Shown in pieces: positions 44,697-55,254 of a DNA stretch of 64,000 bases (its first letter is position 1; each line of letters starts with the position of its first letter). The notes under the pieces are model-generated. The model made no database searches, was not told the DNA's origin, and saw only the letters and a list, made by a program, of their open reading frames with translations. The DNA is taken from positions 1,547-65,546 of the IMG/VR virus record IMGVR_UViG_3300005805_000086, one strand, 5' to 3'. This stretch comes from a virus (Duplodnaviria > Caudoviricetes). The position numbers and the translations under genes are program-made.

Positions 44697-47600
44697 TTAC
44701 ACCATTACGAACTTCTCAAGTTTGGCTGTTACGTTAGTTGTTGCGGCATCACTCGCGGCAACAAGCAATCTAAAGTTTGGTGCTGAGTAATCTGCCGTTA
44801 CAGAAACACCACTTATTGCACCACCCGTTTCGATGACGGCGTATTCAACAAAATCAACATCTGTACCAGCACTATTAGGATTGACAAGGATTTTGGACAG
44901 TCGTCTCTTGGTCCCTTGGGTGAGGCGCAGCGTGTACTCAATAGCGAGAGTTCCACTAGCGGTTACGGAGTCAACGACGGTCGCGGTACTGTTTGTTGTG
45001 ACTGTATTGTCACCGTTTTCTCCAGTTATTTCGAAGGAGTTACCCATTACGGCGGCAGGTATTGTTCCGGAAAGATTTCCTGCAGTTAGGCTTGTCAGGT
45101 TGGCTCCTGAAACTGCGCCAAATGACCCCGACCATGTTCCTGAAGTAATTGTTCCAACCGAAGTAAGACTTGAACTAGTAACTCCCGAACCAAGCGTTGT
45201 CTCACTAAGAACGGAAGTTCCATTAATGTAATACGCTTTGCCTGACGCAAGGTTAAGGTGCTCAGAAGAAGTCCAGGCATCTGTTGCGTCAACCCAGTTG
45301 AAAGTCTTGTCTGACGCGCCCTTGAGGGTGATACCACCACCATCTGCGGCAGTGTCAAGCGTATTATCTGCGCCAAGAACAATATTCTTATCATCAATGC
45401 TCAAGGTTGTTGAGTTGATGGTTGTTGTTGTTCCATCAACAACTAGGTCGCCTTTAATGTTTACCGTTGCGCCAGTTGTACCGCCACCGAGATTGATTGT
45501 CGCAGTGGATGCGCCAATATTGAGTGTCGTTGCTGCTCCGGCAAAGTTTATAGTTGTTGCCGTCGTATTGATTAAGTCAAAAGAGGTAGAGGAGGTGGTA
45601 ATACTGGTGCTAATTGAGGGCGATAATGCAAATACAAGGTTTCCAAGCCCTGTAGTCCCAGATATTAGTGTGCGTAATTCGGTGGGTGTCGTGCCGGATG
45701 CAAACTGAGCAAGGGTTCCAGTCGTTAGTGCAACGTTAGTAATCGCTCCACTAGAACCGTTTACCGTTGTTACGCCAGTAGAAGATGTCAAATATGTTGC
45801 CGTATCTACCGTCCATGTACCAGAGCCATTCGTTTTGAGAAAGCCCGATGTTCCCGACAGGGCGGCAATCGCTGATAGGTCTGCATCGTACGCTTGAACA
45901 TTGGTTCCAATGACAAGGCCGAGTGTTGTTTGTGCTGCCGAAGCGTCGGCGTCATCAACTAGTGAGCGGCCAAATGTAGTAAATGTTGCAAGTGCTGCAG
46001 CCCCAGAGCCAGTGAAATATGGAACCCTATCTGCGGCGCTAGTCAATCCTGCTATTGCTGCAAGTTCGGCGTCATATGCCTGAACGTCTGTCCCAATTGC
46101 CAGACCAAGATTTGTTCTTGCTGTCGCAGCATCTGTTGCCCCAGTTCCACCATAAGCAACGGCAATAGCAGTTCCGTTCCATTGACCAGAGCCAATCGTC
46201 CCAACAGAAGTCAAACTTGAAGAAACAACGGAAGAGTTAAGCGTAGTTCCAGTGAGTGTTCCTGCTGCTGCCGTGACTGTTTGTGTACCAGAACTTGTCA
46301 AAGATACAGATGTTCCATTTAGGGAAATGCTCGTGTTCGACAAAGATATTGTCGCGTTTGAGCCTTCACCCGGAGTATGCGAAACGGTGATTCCGGTGCT
46401 GGCCGTAATATCCGAAACATAATTTCCAACGGTGTCTGTTCCAAGATTGATGGGGTCATTGACCCATGAGCCAGCGTTGTACTTAAGGAAATCGCCAGTT
46501 ACCGGACTTGACAACGCCACATCCGATAGGTCATCTATTGAGCCAGTTGGGCCAGCAGGACCCTGAGCGCCCTGAGGGCCAGTCGCTCCTTGTGTTCCCG
46601 TAGCACCTTGTGGTCCTTGCGTTCCCTGTGGACCAGTATCTCCCTGTGCTCCAGTTGAACCCTGCGCGCCAGTGGCACCCTGAGGACCCTGTGTTCCTTG
46701 TGGACCCGTCGCACCTTGGGGACCCTGGGGACCAGTCGCGCCCTGAGGCCCTGTAGCACCTTGTGCGCCAGTTGCACCCTGTGGCCCTTGTATCCCAGCG
46801 AGAAGGTTAGTACTTGCAGCAGCACCACCGCCAGTTATGTCTATGTAAAAGCCTCTTGCCGAACCACCTTGCTCAAAAAACCTTAGTTTGTTTTGATAGG
46901 CATCAATAGTGATGCCACCATCAAGGGTTGTATTTGTTGACGGTTTGGCAAGGAAAAATTCTCCGCCTTCGTCACCAGAAGATGCAGTTGATTGAACCTT
47001 GCCACCAACAGATAGGTCTGTTCCGTTGTATGTGAATGAAGAACTACCAGCGGGGTTATTTGAGCCGTCTTTATATACGACTTGGTTTGCTGAACCAGCA
47101 ACAGGACCAGTAGCGCCCTGTGCCCCCTGTGCTCCCTGAGCACCGGTTGCGCCTTGGGGTCCTTGCGCGCCCGTGGCGCCTGTAGCACCCTGCGGACCAG
47201 CATCCCCTTGTGGGCCGGTTGCACCTTGTGCCCCAGTTGCGCCTTGTGCTCCAGTCGCACCCTGCGGTCCCTGGGGACCGACATCTCCTTGTGCTCCCGT
47301 CGCCCCTTGTGGACCAGTTGCTCCCTGCGGACCTGTAGCCCCAGTTGCTCCCTGTGGACCTGCATCTCCTTGTGGTCCCTGAGGTCCTGTCGCACCCTGC
47401 GCGCCCGTTGCGCCAGTAGCGCCTTGCGCCCCTTGGGGACCTGTTGCTCCCTGGGGTCCCTGTGGACCTTCAGCACCAGTTGCACCCTGAGAACCAGTTG
47501 CACCCTGAGCACCAGTTGCACCCTGAGGTCCAGTCGCCCCCTGGGCACCCTGTGCACCGGTCGCACCCTGCGGACCGATGTCGCCTTGAGGTCCTTGTGC

Positions 47601-49778
47601 TCCCGTAGCACCACTCGCCCCCTGAGCGCCAATGTCTCCCTGTGGACCCTGAGCACCAGTCGCACCCTGCGCACCAGTCGCACCCTGTGGTCCCTGTGCT
47701 CCAGTTGCTCCCTGTGCGCCAACGTCTCCAGTCCGTGCAAATGTGATGATGACATCATCATTATTGGAAAATGGGGTTGTGCTTGACCCAGTTACATAAG
47801 ACGAGACAACCCTAAAGAATCCAGTTTCCTCACTGATTGAAGAAATTGTGAAAAGTGCAAAGGCAGAAGAATCTGCTTTCTTTGATACCCTGAAGTGACC
47901 CTTGATGGTGCTTGTTGAGTCATCGATTGTTCGTAAATATGACTGAATATCCGTTGAATTGTCATCTACATCGTCAATGACGAGTTCGGTTGACAGGTTC
48001 AGTGATGCATTATCAAACTTAAGTTTTCCAGTACCGGGGTCTGTCTGGGCGGTATTGGAATCAAAGGTGTAGTCGAATGTAACTCCACCAAAGTTTCCTT
48101 GTACACCCTGGGGACCCTGAGTACCTTGAGCGCCCTGAGCACCGGTTGCTCCTTGTGGTCCTTGTGTACCGGCATCGCCAGTTGCTCCTTGTGGGCCGGT
48201 CGCACCTTGCGCTCCCTGTGCGCCCGTAGCACCCTGTGCGCCCGTTGCACCCTGAGGACCAACATCGCCCTGCGGACCTTGGGGTCCTGTAGCACCCTGA
48301 GAGCCTGTAGCGCCCTGGGGTCCTGTGGCGCCTTGTGGACCTTGCGCTCCCGTCGCACCGGCAGCGCCCTGTGCGCCAGTATCTCCTTGTGGACCAGTTG
48401 CGCCCTGTGGACCCTGCGGTCCCTCTGCTCCTGTCGCACCCTGAGGTCCTGTCGCACCCTGCGCTCCGGTAGCGCCCTGAGGACCCTGAGGTCCGGCGTC
48501 ACCAGTCGCCCCCTGTGGACCCGTGGCACCCTGAGCGCCTTGCGCACCAGTAGCCCCTTGCGCGCCTGTTGCCCCCTGTGGACCTTGGGGTCCAGTTGAA
48601 CCCTGTGGACCCGTCTCTCCCTGTGGGCCGATTGAACCCTGCGGACCCTGAGCACCAGTTGCGCCAGTATCACCCTGCGCTCCTTGGGGACCCTGCGGAC
48701 CAGTTGCCCCCTGTGGGCCTTGTGGACCAGTATCGCCTTGAGGGCCAGTTGCCCCCTGAGGACCAGTTGCACCTTGAGAACCAGTCGCTCCCTGTGGTCC
48801 GGTATCCCCCTGTGGTCCTATCGCGCCTTGTGCGCCTTGTGCGCCCTGTGCGCCAGTAGCACCCTGTGGACCTTGTGCGCCCTGGGTTCCCAATACCTGG
48901 GAATTCTCCCATAGACCAGTGCTGGAGTTGTAAACGAGAGCATCGCCATCTGCCAGTGATTCGAGGTCAATGGCGACATTATGCAACTCATCTAATTCGT
49001 ATCCATTTTGGGTCGCAACATAAATAATTCCATTATTGGTAGCACGAGCAACAACACCAACGAATACAAGGTGCTCTGGCGCAGACGGCTTAGTCTTAGT
49101 AAATTGACCATTTTCTCCAAGCCATAGAACATCACCTGCGGAATATCCGACAGAGAGGTCAATTCCGTCAACGTATCCACGCGTTACTACTGGCCCATTT
49201 TCTGATGATGCAATGCTTGCGCCCACAACACCAATAGTCTTGGAAGACGTAGTGTCTGAGCCATTATCGGCACGCTTTACCGATGCGTGGTCACCGGTTG
49301 CTCCAAAAAGATAAACAACAGTTCCGGTAGTTAATGTACTTGCCTCGGCATTGCGAACATATGTAACCGTGGGCGAGTAAGAATTAACCCAATTTGTTCC
49401 ATTGTATGTGAGCGACTGAAACTCCGAGGAGTCGGTAAGAACAACATCACCAAGTTCGTCTAGGGATGCGCTCGCTGGTGCGAATTTTGTTCCATCATAT
49501 TTGAGGATTAGATTTGCCGTAGCGCCAGTTGTATCTATCTCAATACCATCAATAAAAAGTGCTGCTGATTTAAATGTGTCGTCGGTTTTCAGTACGTCAG
49601 CGGCATCACGATAGAGGTTCGTATCTAGTGCTCCGTTGCCGGGACCCCAGACAAGCCGTCCACCAGCCTCAATCTTTAACCGAGCATAGGCATCAGCATC
49701 AACGTATAGCGTAATGGCATCAGAACCAGCAGATGATAACTGCTTGACCGTAATGGGTACTGTAAATTTCTGTGCCAC
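44697..49778 (-). CDS. Long tail fibre with three collagen-like blocks
   Basis: Gly-X-Y runs (GPQ/GAT/GAQ) and fibre motifs (LDELGDV, IDDLSDV, DVQAYD); GTG start. Confidence 0.9.
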   Translation of the reverse strand: MAQKFTVPITVKQLSSAGSDAITLYVDADAYARLKIEAGGRLVWGPGNGALDTNLYRDAADVLKTDDTFKSAALFIDGIEIDTTGATANLILKYDGTKFAPASASLDELGDVVLTDSSEFQSLTYNGTNWVNSYSPTVTYVRNAEASTLTTGTVVYLFGATGDHASVKRADNGSDTTSSKTIGVVGASIASSENGPVVTRGYVDGIDLSVGYSAGDVLWLGENGQFTKTKPSAPEHLVFVGVVARATNNGIIYVATQNGYELDELHNVAIDLESLADGDALVYNSSTGLWENSQVLGTQGAQGPQGATGAQGAQGAQGAIGPQGDTGPQGATGSQGATGPQGATGPQGDTGPQGPQGATGPQGPQGAQGDTGATGAQGPQGSIGPQGETGPQGSTGPQGPQGATGAQGATGAQGAQGATGPQGATGDAGPQGPQGATGAQGATGPQGATGAEGPQGPQGATGPQGDTGAQGAAGATGAQGPQGATGPQGATGSQGATGPQGPQGDVGPQGATGAQGATGAQGAQGATGPQGATGDAGTQGPQGATGAQGAQGTQGPQGVQGNFGGVTFDYTFDSNTAQTDPGTGKLKFDNASLNLSTELVIDDVDDNSTDIQSYLRTIDDSTSTIKGHFRVSKKADSSAFALFTISSISEETGFFRVVSSYVTGSSTTPFSNNDDVIITFARTGDVGAQGATGAQGPQGATGAQGATGAQGPQGDIGAQGASGATGAQGPQGDIGPQGATGAQGAQGATGPQGATGAQGATGSQGATGAEGPQGPQGATGPQGAQGATGATGAQGATGPQGPQGDAGPQGATGATGPQGATGPQGATGAQGDVGPQGPQGATGAQGATGAQGATGPQGDAGPQGATGATGAQGPQGATGAQGAQGAQGATGPVAGSANQVVYKDGSNNPAGSSSFTYNGTDLSVGGKVQSTASSGDEGGEFFLAKPSTNTTLDGGITIDAYQNKLRFFEQGGSARGFYIDITGGGAAASTNLLAGIQGPQGATGAQGATGPQGATGPQGPQGATGPQGTQGPQGATGAQGSTGAQGDTGPQGTQGPQGATGTQGATGPQGAQGPAGPTGSIDDLSDVALSSPVTGDFLKYNAGSWVNDPINLGTDTVGNYVSDITASTGITVSHTPGEGSNATISLSNTSISLNGTSVSLTSSGTQTVTAAAGTLTGTTLNSSVVSSSLTSVGTIGSGQWNGTAIAVAYGGTGATDAATARTNLGLAIGTDVQAYDAELAAIAGLTSAADRVPYFTGSGAAALATFTTFGRSLVDDADASAAQTTLGLVIGTNVQAYDADLSAIAALSGTSGFLKTNGSGTWTVDTATYLTSSTGVTTVNGSSGAITNVALTTGTLAQFASGTTPTELRTLISGTTGLGNLVFALSPSISTSITTSSTSFDLINTTATTINFAGAATTLNIGASTATINLGGGTTGATVNIKGDLVVDGTTTTINSTTLSIDDKNIVLGADNTLDTAADGGGITLKGASDKTFNWVDATDAWTSSEHLNLASGKAYYINGTSVLSETTLGSGVTSSSLTSVGTITSGTWSGSFGAVSGANLTSLTAGNLSGTIPAAVMGNSFEITGENGDNTVTTNSTATVVDSVTASGTLAIEYTLRLTQGTKRRLSKILVNPNSAGTDVDFVEYAVIETGGAISGVSVTADYSAPNFRLLVAASDAATTNVTAKLEKFVMV
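46545..48890 (-). repeat. Collagen Gly-X-Y coding repeats in three blocks
   Basis: Blocks at about 48099-48890 (~88 triplets), 47100-47729 (~70) and 46545-46796 (~28); 9-nt periodicity. Confidence 0.95.
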
Positions 49779-49825
49779 GACCTCAATCGCCTTTTGTAGT
49801 TTGGCCCCTCAAGGCCATGTGTTGA

Positions 49826-51487
49826 TTACCCAGTTACGACAATCTTGTAGTCACCGAGAGAAATAGTGCCATTGAGAACAACCGTTACCTGGTTTGTATT
49901 GTCGCGTGTAATATCACCATAAACAGTCGCGCCGGTTGCTACCTCAAATATCTGAACAATAACGCTAGTGGTTCCAAGGTTGTGTACCACCGTAGTACTC
50001 GACACGCCAGCACTTGACGCCGCACAGCCCTGAGAAGCGATACGGGCTAGTGTTGGTGTGCTGGTAGTTAGACCACTTGCTGATGTTTCTGCAAGATTAT
50101 TTCTTGCGTTAGCGGCGGTGCTGGCGCCAGTACCGCCATCAGCAATTGCGATATCCGTGCCATTCCAGACACCGCTGGTAATCGTGCCAACGGTCGTGAT
50201 GCTGTCATCACCAGTATATGTTCCCCCGGCGACAGCAGCAAGAGTTGAGTTGTAAGCCTGGACATCAGTCCCAATTGCTAGACCAAGCGTTGTACGCATA
50301 TCGGAATAACTGGCGTCATCCAATAGCCCTCGCGCCTGGGAAGTAAGGTCAGTAAGGGCTGCCGTGCCAGAGCCCGTGAAGTATGGAAGTTTATTGGCTG
50401 CAGATGTCAGACCGGCAAGTGCAGCAAGTTCTGCGTCATACGCCTGAACATCAGTACCGATAGCAAGTCCAAGGTTTGTTCTCGCAGTTGCCGCATCGGT
50501 AGCCCCAGTACCACCGTAGGCAACTGCAATTGCAGTTGCATTCCATGTCCCAGTAGCAACAGTTCCCAGAGTAGTAATGCTGGATTGACCAGCATACGTT
50601 GCCGAGATTTGGACAGTATCAGCATTGACGGTAATGCCAGTACCAGCACCGACATTGAGCGTGTTGCCACTCTTGGTGAGACCATCACCAGCGGTGATTT
50701 GGCCAGCACCAGAGAATTGAGCAAATACAAGTCCAGTAGTACCTAAGGTAATTGTGTCATTGGTCGTCAGCACCCAACCACTATCGCCGTTTACCGTACC
50801 TTCAGCAACGAAGGTGAACATGCCAGCAGTGACTTCAGCGCTTGAATCAGCGTCAGTCGCTCTATCCGGCGCACCAGATGCCTTGACGACATAGATGCCG
50901 TTTTCTGAAGCAGTGTCCTGGTTCTTAACGAGGACTCGGTCGCCAGTAGCGAGAGTTACCCCATCAACCGTATCGCCGTTTTCTAGGTCGGATGAGAGCG
51001 TTAGCGCTGCGGTTGTGGCGACACGCACGGATTGCTTGACGTCCAGCCCAGAACGCACGCCATCGACGTAGCCTTTTGTTGCGGCATGAGCAGCGTCGGT
51101 TGGTTCGGCAACCTTGATATTGCCATTTGCATCACGTTTTGCTAGTTTGCTAGCAGTTGCATCCGATGTGGCGTCGTTGAGTAGGTTCCAGAAGGTTGAC
51201 GACAGAAGACCAGCACTGTCGGTATCCGCAAGATTTAGGGTGAGCGTAACCGTTCCGTTAGACTCACTAACTGTTAATGCATCGGTATATGAGCCACCGG
51301 CAGATACGGTATGCGGCAACGAGCGCCATGCACCATTTGCGTATACTTTAATGGTATCTGTCGTGCTGTTATAAATCAGACGACCTTCAAAGTTCCCACT
51401 TCCCGGGTCGCTCGCAAGTACCTCAAAAGTTGCATTGACGATTTGGTTCTGATTGAGGTCAATATTTGTTAGGAACTTTTGCGCCAT
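49826..51487 (-). CDS. Tail fibre / virion structural protein
   Basis: [15 protein letters not shown]...GDRVLVKNQ...NGIY...RATD domain, GGTGA/DVQAY repeats. Confidence 0.8.
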   Translation of the reverse strand: MAQKFLTNIDLNQNQIVNATFEVLASDPGSGNFEGRLIYNSTTDTIKVYANGAWRSLPHTVSAGGSYTDALTVSESNGTVTLTLNLADTDSAGLLSSTFWNLLNDATSDATASKLAKRDANGNIKVAEPTDAAHAATKGYVDGVRSGLDVKQSVRVATTAALTLSSDLENGDTVDGVTLATGDRVLVKNQDTASENGIYVVKASGAPDRATDADSSAEVTAGMFTFVAEGTVNGDSGWVLTTNDTITLGTTGLVFAQFSGAGQITAGDGLTKSGNTLNVGAGTGITVNADTVQISATYAGQSSITTLGTVATGTWNATAIAVAYGGTGATDAATARTNLGLAIGTDVQAYDAELAALAGLTSAANKLPYFTGSGTAALTDLTSQARGLLDDASYSDMRTTLGLAIGTDVQAYNSTLAAVAGGTYTGDDSITTVGTITSGVWNGTDIAIADGGTGASTAANARNNLAETSASGLTTSTPTLARIASQGCAASSAGVSSTTVVHNLGTTSVIVQIFEVATGATVYGDITRDNTNQVTVVLNGTISLGDYKIVVTG

Positions 51488-51499
51488 TTTGAATGTCCT

Positions 51500-51838
51500 T
51501 TAGGTCAAGTATGCGTAGCCGGAGAACGCCGCACTAAAAAGTACCCGAATTTCGGTATTTGATAAATATTGTACCTCACCATAGACAACCGTACCTGCAG
51601 AATCCACGATAGTTACTTGTGGACGACCACCAAGGGAATGGCTTATCGTCCAGGTGGAAGAGGCAGAACCTTGACTATGCACATATCTTTTAGTTGTACC
51701 CTGTGCAATCGAACCAGTTGTGACGGTTACGTTATTTAGAACAGTTCTCACTGTTACTAGATTTTGGTCATCTTGATTTACGGTTACAGTATTCGGAGAA
51801 TCTTGCTGTATATTGACAGTATTGGGAACACCGCTCAT
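51500..51838 (-). CDS. Small virion structural protein
   Basis: YVHSQ..ASSTWTISHSLG..PQVTIVDS beta-sandwich pattern typical of fibre-associated genes. Confidence 0.7.
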   Translation of the reverse strand: MSGVPNTVNIQQDSPNTVTVNQDDQNLVTVRTVLNNVTVTTGSIAQGTTKRYVHSQGSASSTWTISHSLGGRPQVTIVDSAGTVVYGEVQYLSNTEIRVLFSAAFSGYAYLT

Positions 51839-52203
51839 CTCGTGACCTCTGGCAGTAGAGTAAATGCTCCCTTAATTAGTTTTGATACCTCGCCAGAATC
51901 ACTTATTACTTCCAGGTCATATACACCGCTTGTTTCGAGTGCTGCGGTTTCAGTATCTGTCATGTAGACGGTAAGTTCTCCATTTTCCTCATCAGTAAAT
52001 GTGATGCCGCCATTTTCCGTTGTTAGTTCAATCATGGCAACAGATGACTCAATTGTTCTGCGAATTTGCATTCTTGCCGTGTAGTCAGTAAAATCAAACG
52101 GCAGCATAGTGCTTTCATCCGTGGGGTCTGGATATTCGACAGTAATAATACGACTGAATGTCGAACCCTGTTCGCATGTGATGTTATAGGTTCCTGCGAG
52201 CAT
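51835..52203 (-). CDS. Small Ig-like virion/baseplate structural protein
   Basis: YNITCEQGSTF...YTARMQIR...GVYDLEV. Confidence 0.7.
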   Translation of the reverse strand: MLAGTYNITCEQGSTFSRIITVEYPDPTDESTMLPFDFTDYTARMQIRRTIESSVAMIELTTENGGITFTDEENGELTVYMTDTETAALETSGVYDLEVISDSGEVSKLIKGAFTLLPEVTR

Positions 52204-52259
52204 GACTGAACTCCTTGGTCATAAACAAGTGTAGATGACCAGGGGTATTGGCGTGTGAA

Positions 52260-52478
52260 CTACTTGAGCACCGAGCCAGATTGCTTGTTGGGGCCGACAT
52301 TCTTGAGACCAAACGCGGCAGCCACAATGAGTGCAGCGGCAACAACGCCAGTCTTGAGGCTATCAACATTTGTTAGCCCATCAAAGTCGGCACCGGCATT
52401 CACCCACGCACCAAGATATGATGCGAAAAATGCTACGACAGCACGCTCCGCTGTATCTTTCAGAAATCTAATTGACAT
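52260..52478 (-). CDS. Putative holin (r1t-like)
   Basis: FLKDTAERAVVAF plus two TM helices; GGAGG SD. Confidence 0.7.
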   Translation of the reverse strand: MSIRFLKDTAERAVVAFFASYLGAWVNAGADFDGLTNVDSLKTGVVAAALIVAAAFGLKNVGPNKQSGSVLK

Positions 52479-52508
52479 ATATCCTCCATGCTTGAGCAGT
52501 GATACTAA

Positions 52509-52550
52509 TTATACAATAACTTATTAGATTTATACAATAACTTATTAGAT
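52509..52550. repeat. Perfect 21-bp tandem duplication TTATACAATAACTTATTAGAT x2
   Basis: Copies at 52509-52529 and 52530-52550, intergenic. Confidence 0.95.
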
Positions 52551-54283
52551 CAAGCCAAACTCCCAGCAGTCGTCTGCACTCCTTCTACATAGAATCCACG
52601 AACAAGGAAATAATTTGATCCATTTGGTAAGCACCCAAATCCACCTTCAGCAATTCGCGCAGCACTTCCTGCTGGAGCACCATCCACCCACTCAAATGTT
52701 AATTTTATCTGTCCGCCACTCAGGGTTGAGCCACCAACGGATATTGACTGGGCGCGAAGCGAATAAGTCGAGCCAGTATTATCATTCAATGCACTGGATG
52801 CCCCATAGTTCTTTGTACTTCCGCCAGGCCACTCAAAGTACAGGTATTCAGTTACAGTATTTGAAAATCCACCACTTTTAATCTGAACACCGACGGTAGT
52901 AATATTAATGTACCCAACCTCATTGTCGCTAGATGGGATATAGCCAAATGATGCTATTTCGCTACTTGGAGAACATCCACTAAGGCTGCTGTTGGTTGCT
53001 GCAAGGAACCTATCCCCATAGCCATTTGGAACAACTTGATAGACCTGGTTCTTCTTTGGCGTAACCCATGTCCTGGTATTACTATTAGTTGAGTTTTCAC
53101 TAATTCTATTTGTCACATACGCATAAAATGTATATGTCTGATTGTGCTGAAGTGAACCTATGCTCCATGTAAAGTTTCCGCCCGATGACGTAGCGGCATA
53201 TGAACCAACTCCAGAAACGACAAGAGTAGCCGATGTCGCATATGTTGGTATTGTCATATATAGGCTAGCAGTACCCCAAGATGAGTTGGTCATTGAACCG
53301 CTCCAGGATAGGGTCCCGACTGATGGTACTCCCGGATTCAGTCGTCCTGGTGAACTCGTAAAATATGAGCCAGCAGTTCCACTAGTTGCGGAAATAGCTC
53401 TTACTTCGACATAAAAGTATTGGTCGGGACTCACTCCAGCCGTTACTGTTTTTGAAGTTTCTGCAGTTGTCATTGTTCCCGAACTAACAACTACGAGTGA
53501 TGTATTGAGTATTCTCCATTCATATGATGCAACTGCATATGTTCCACCACTTGACGTTCCTCGTGAGAATGTTACATTCGTAGTCGTAACGGAGTCTACT
53601 GTTACTGATGTTGGTTGACTATTGGGGATTTCAGCATCCGTCCACGCGGTTGCTGATCCAGCTAGACCAGACAACCCAGATGTTGCCGATATCGCGCGTA
53701 CCTGAATTGTATGTTGTGTATTTGGGTTTAGTCCAGTGAGCTCATACGTACTCGATGGACCCATTGGCGTTGTCGTCCATCCGCTAGTGAGTTCTGATGG
53801 GCCACGATATAACCTATATTGATAATAATCAACAGCATATGTTCCACCAGTTGATGCAGCAAAGGACCACGATAGTTTAGTTGCATTAATTGGTGTTCCG
53901 GTTGATTCAAGTTGACTCAATGTGACAGATGGTGCGCTGTTGGCAATTTCTGCCGTCGTTGTGCTTGATACAGAATCTGAAGCAGCCCCAACCTGTCCAG
54001 TTACGTCAATTGCACGAATAGCAACACTGTATGTTGTTGATGCAGAAAGTCCACTAATTGTAAAGTCAGTAGACGACCCAGATATTGGGCCCGTATAAGA
54101 TCCGCCATTTAGGCTATATTGAAAATAGTCGATCTGATAAGATCCAGTAATTGGTGTGAAAAAGACAGTAAGTGATGTCGCTCCTGGTGTTATTCCAGTA
54201 ATTACTGGTGCCCCCGGGGCAATGCCGCTTGTGATTCCAAGTCCCCTCGCAGCCATGGCGTTAAATGAGGCAAATAGAGGCAT
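52550..54283 (-). CDS. Fibronectin-III repeat tail/receptor-binding protein
   Basis: Four FN3-like units (YQYSLNGG...GLSASTTYSVAIRA, GLNPNTQHTIQVRA). Confidence 0.85.
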   Translation of the reverse strand: MPLFASFNAMAARGLGITSGIAPGAPVITGITPGATSLTVFFTPITGSYQIDYFQYSLNGGSYTGPISGSSTDFTISGLSASTTYSVAIRAIDVTGQVGAASDSVSSTTTAEIANSAPSVTLSQLESTGTPINATKLSWSFAASTGGTYAVDYYQYRLYRGPSELTSGWTTTPMGPSSTYELTGLNPNTQHTIQVRAISATSGLSGLAGSATAWTDAEIPNSQPTSVTVDSVTTTNVTFSRGTSSGGTYAVASYEWRILNTSLVVVSSGTMTTAETSKTVTAGVSPDQYFYVEVRAISATSGTAGSYFTSSPGRLNPGVPSVGTLSWSGSMTNSSWGTASLYMTIPTYATSATLVVSGVGSYAATSSGGNFTWSIGSLQHNQTYTFYAYVTNRISENSTNSNTRTWVTPKKNQVYQVVPNGYGDRFLAATNSSLSGCSPSSEIASFGYIPSSDNEVGYINITTVGVQIKSGGFSNTVTEYLYFEWPGGSTKNYGASSALNDNTGSTYSLRAQSISVGGSTLSGGQIKLTFEWVDGAPAGSAARIAEGGFGCLPNGSNYFLVRGFYVEGVQTTAGSLA

Positions 54284-54285
54284 TA

Positions 54286-55245
54286 TTAGGCAAACCTTGT
54301 CCTGGAAGCAAAGACGGTATATGTGTCGACTAAAGTACGAACAATCGTGTATGTATAGGCATCTATACCAGCAGAAGTATTGGATGTTCCTGGAGTGATT
54401 CCGCCTTGCCAGTTAAGCGATGTACTACTGGCGCCAGTTATAGATATGGAACTTGAGTACCCTGCACTTGAGCCGACTCTGACGATAACTGCAACAGTTA
54501 CTGCTTTGCCGTTTGCACCAAGTAATGTGCTTATGTTTGTGAATGTTGGCGTCCATGTTGTTGTTACAGCGGTACTTGGATAGTAGAAATATGCCGTCGA
54601 TGACGTTAGATCCAATGTGAGTGTACCGCTTGGTGAGCTAGTTGAATATGTCCACTGTTCAACTGCCCTATCCAGGACAGACTGATTGATTACTGCTGTA
54701 TTGATCGTTGGTGAAGTCAGTGTCTTGCTTGTGAGTGTCTGTGCACCGCTCGGGGTTACTGCTTCAGCCCACGCAACTGCAGATGCTGTGCTTGATAGGA
54801 AATATCCATCTGTACCGTTGAGTATTTTATCGAGGGTAATCGCATCATCTGCAATGCCATTGGTATCGACTTCGCCCCACCTAAGTCCAGTATCCTCAGT
54901 ACTATCAGCAATAAGAACCGTGCCATCAGTCCCAACCGACAATGCGACAACCTCTTCGGTGACGCCATCAAATGTAGCTAGATCGCCAGCTGCCTGGGTT
55001 AGGTAACCACCAAGTTCTGATTGTTTAGCAACTTTTACCCATGATGACCCAGTATAAAATTCAATAGTATTTTCAGTTTTAAGGTATCGAACAGCGCCTT
55101 CTGCTGGGGTGAATCCAGAGCTCGTATATGCTGAGGTGTCATCAAATACAAGAACAGACTGATTCATGAGATACCCCATTAAGTCAGAAGCAGTGAGCAC
55201 CTCATTCGCTGAGAATTCTTTCCAGCCTAGACCATTATCTGACAT
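54286..55245 (-). CDS. Minor tail protein
   Basis: WKEFSANEVLTASDL..YLMNQ N-terminus typical of actinophage minor tail proteins; fibre-like middle; IDAYTYT C-terminal domain. Confidence 0.7.
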   Translation of the reverse strand: MSDNGLGWKEFSANEVLTASDLMGYLMNQSVLVFDDTSAYTSSGFTPAEGAVRYLKTENTIEFYTGSSWVKVAKQSELGGYLTQAAGDLATFDGVTEEVVALSVGTDGTVLIADSTEDTGLRWGEVDTNGIADDAITLDKILNGTDGYFLSSTASAVAWAEAVTPSGAQTLTSKTLTSPTINTAVINQSVLDRAVEQWTYSTSSPSGTLTLDLTSSTAYFYYPSTAVTTTWTPTFTNISTLLGANGKAVTVAVIVRVGSSAGYSSSISITGASSTSLNWQGGITPGTSNTSAGIDAYTYTIVRTLVDTYTVFASRTRFA

Positions 55246-55254
55246 TTTTTCTCC

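Noticed and set aside
46545-48890. Dense short DNA repeats resembling an array, and long overlapping ORFs on both strands
   Set aside because: The 9-nt periodicity is fully explained by Gly-X-Y codons; there are no unique spacers, so this is not CRISPR. The alternative-frame ORFs are shadows of the repeat.
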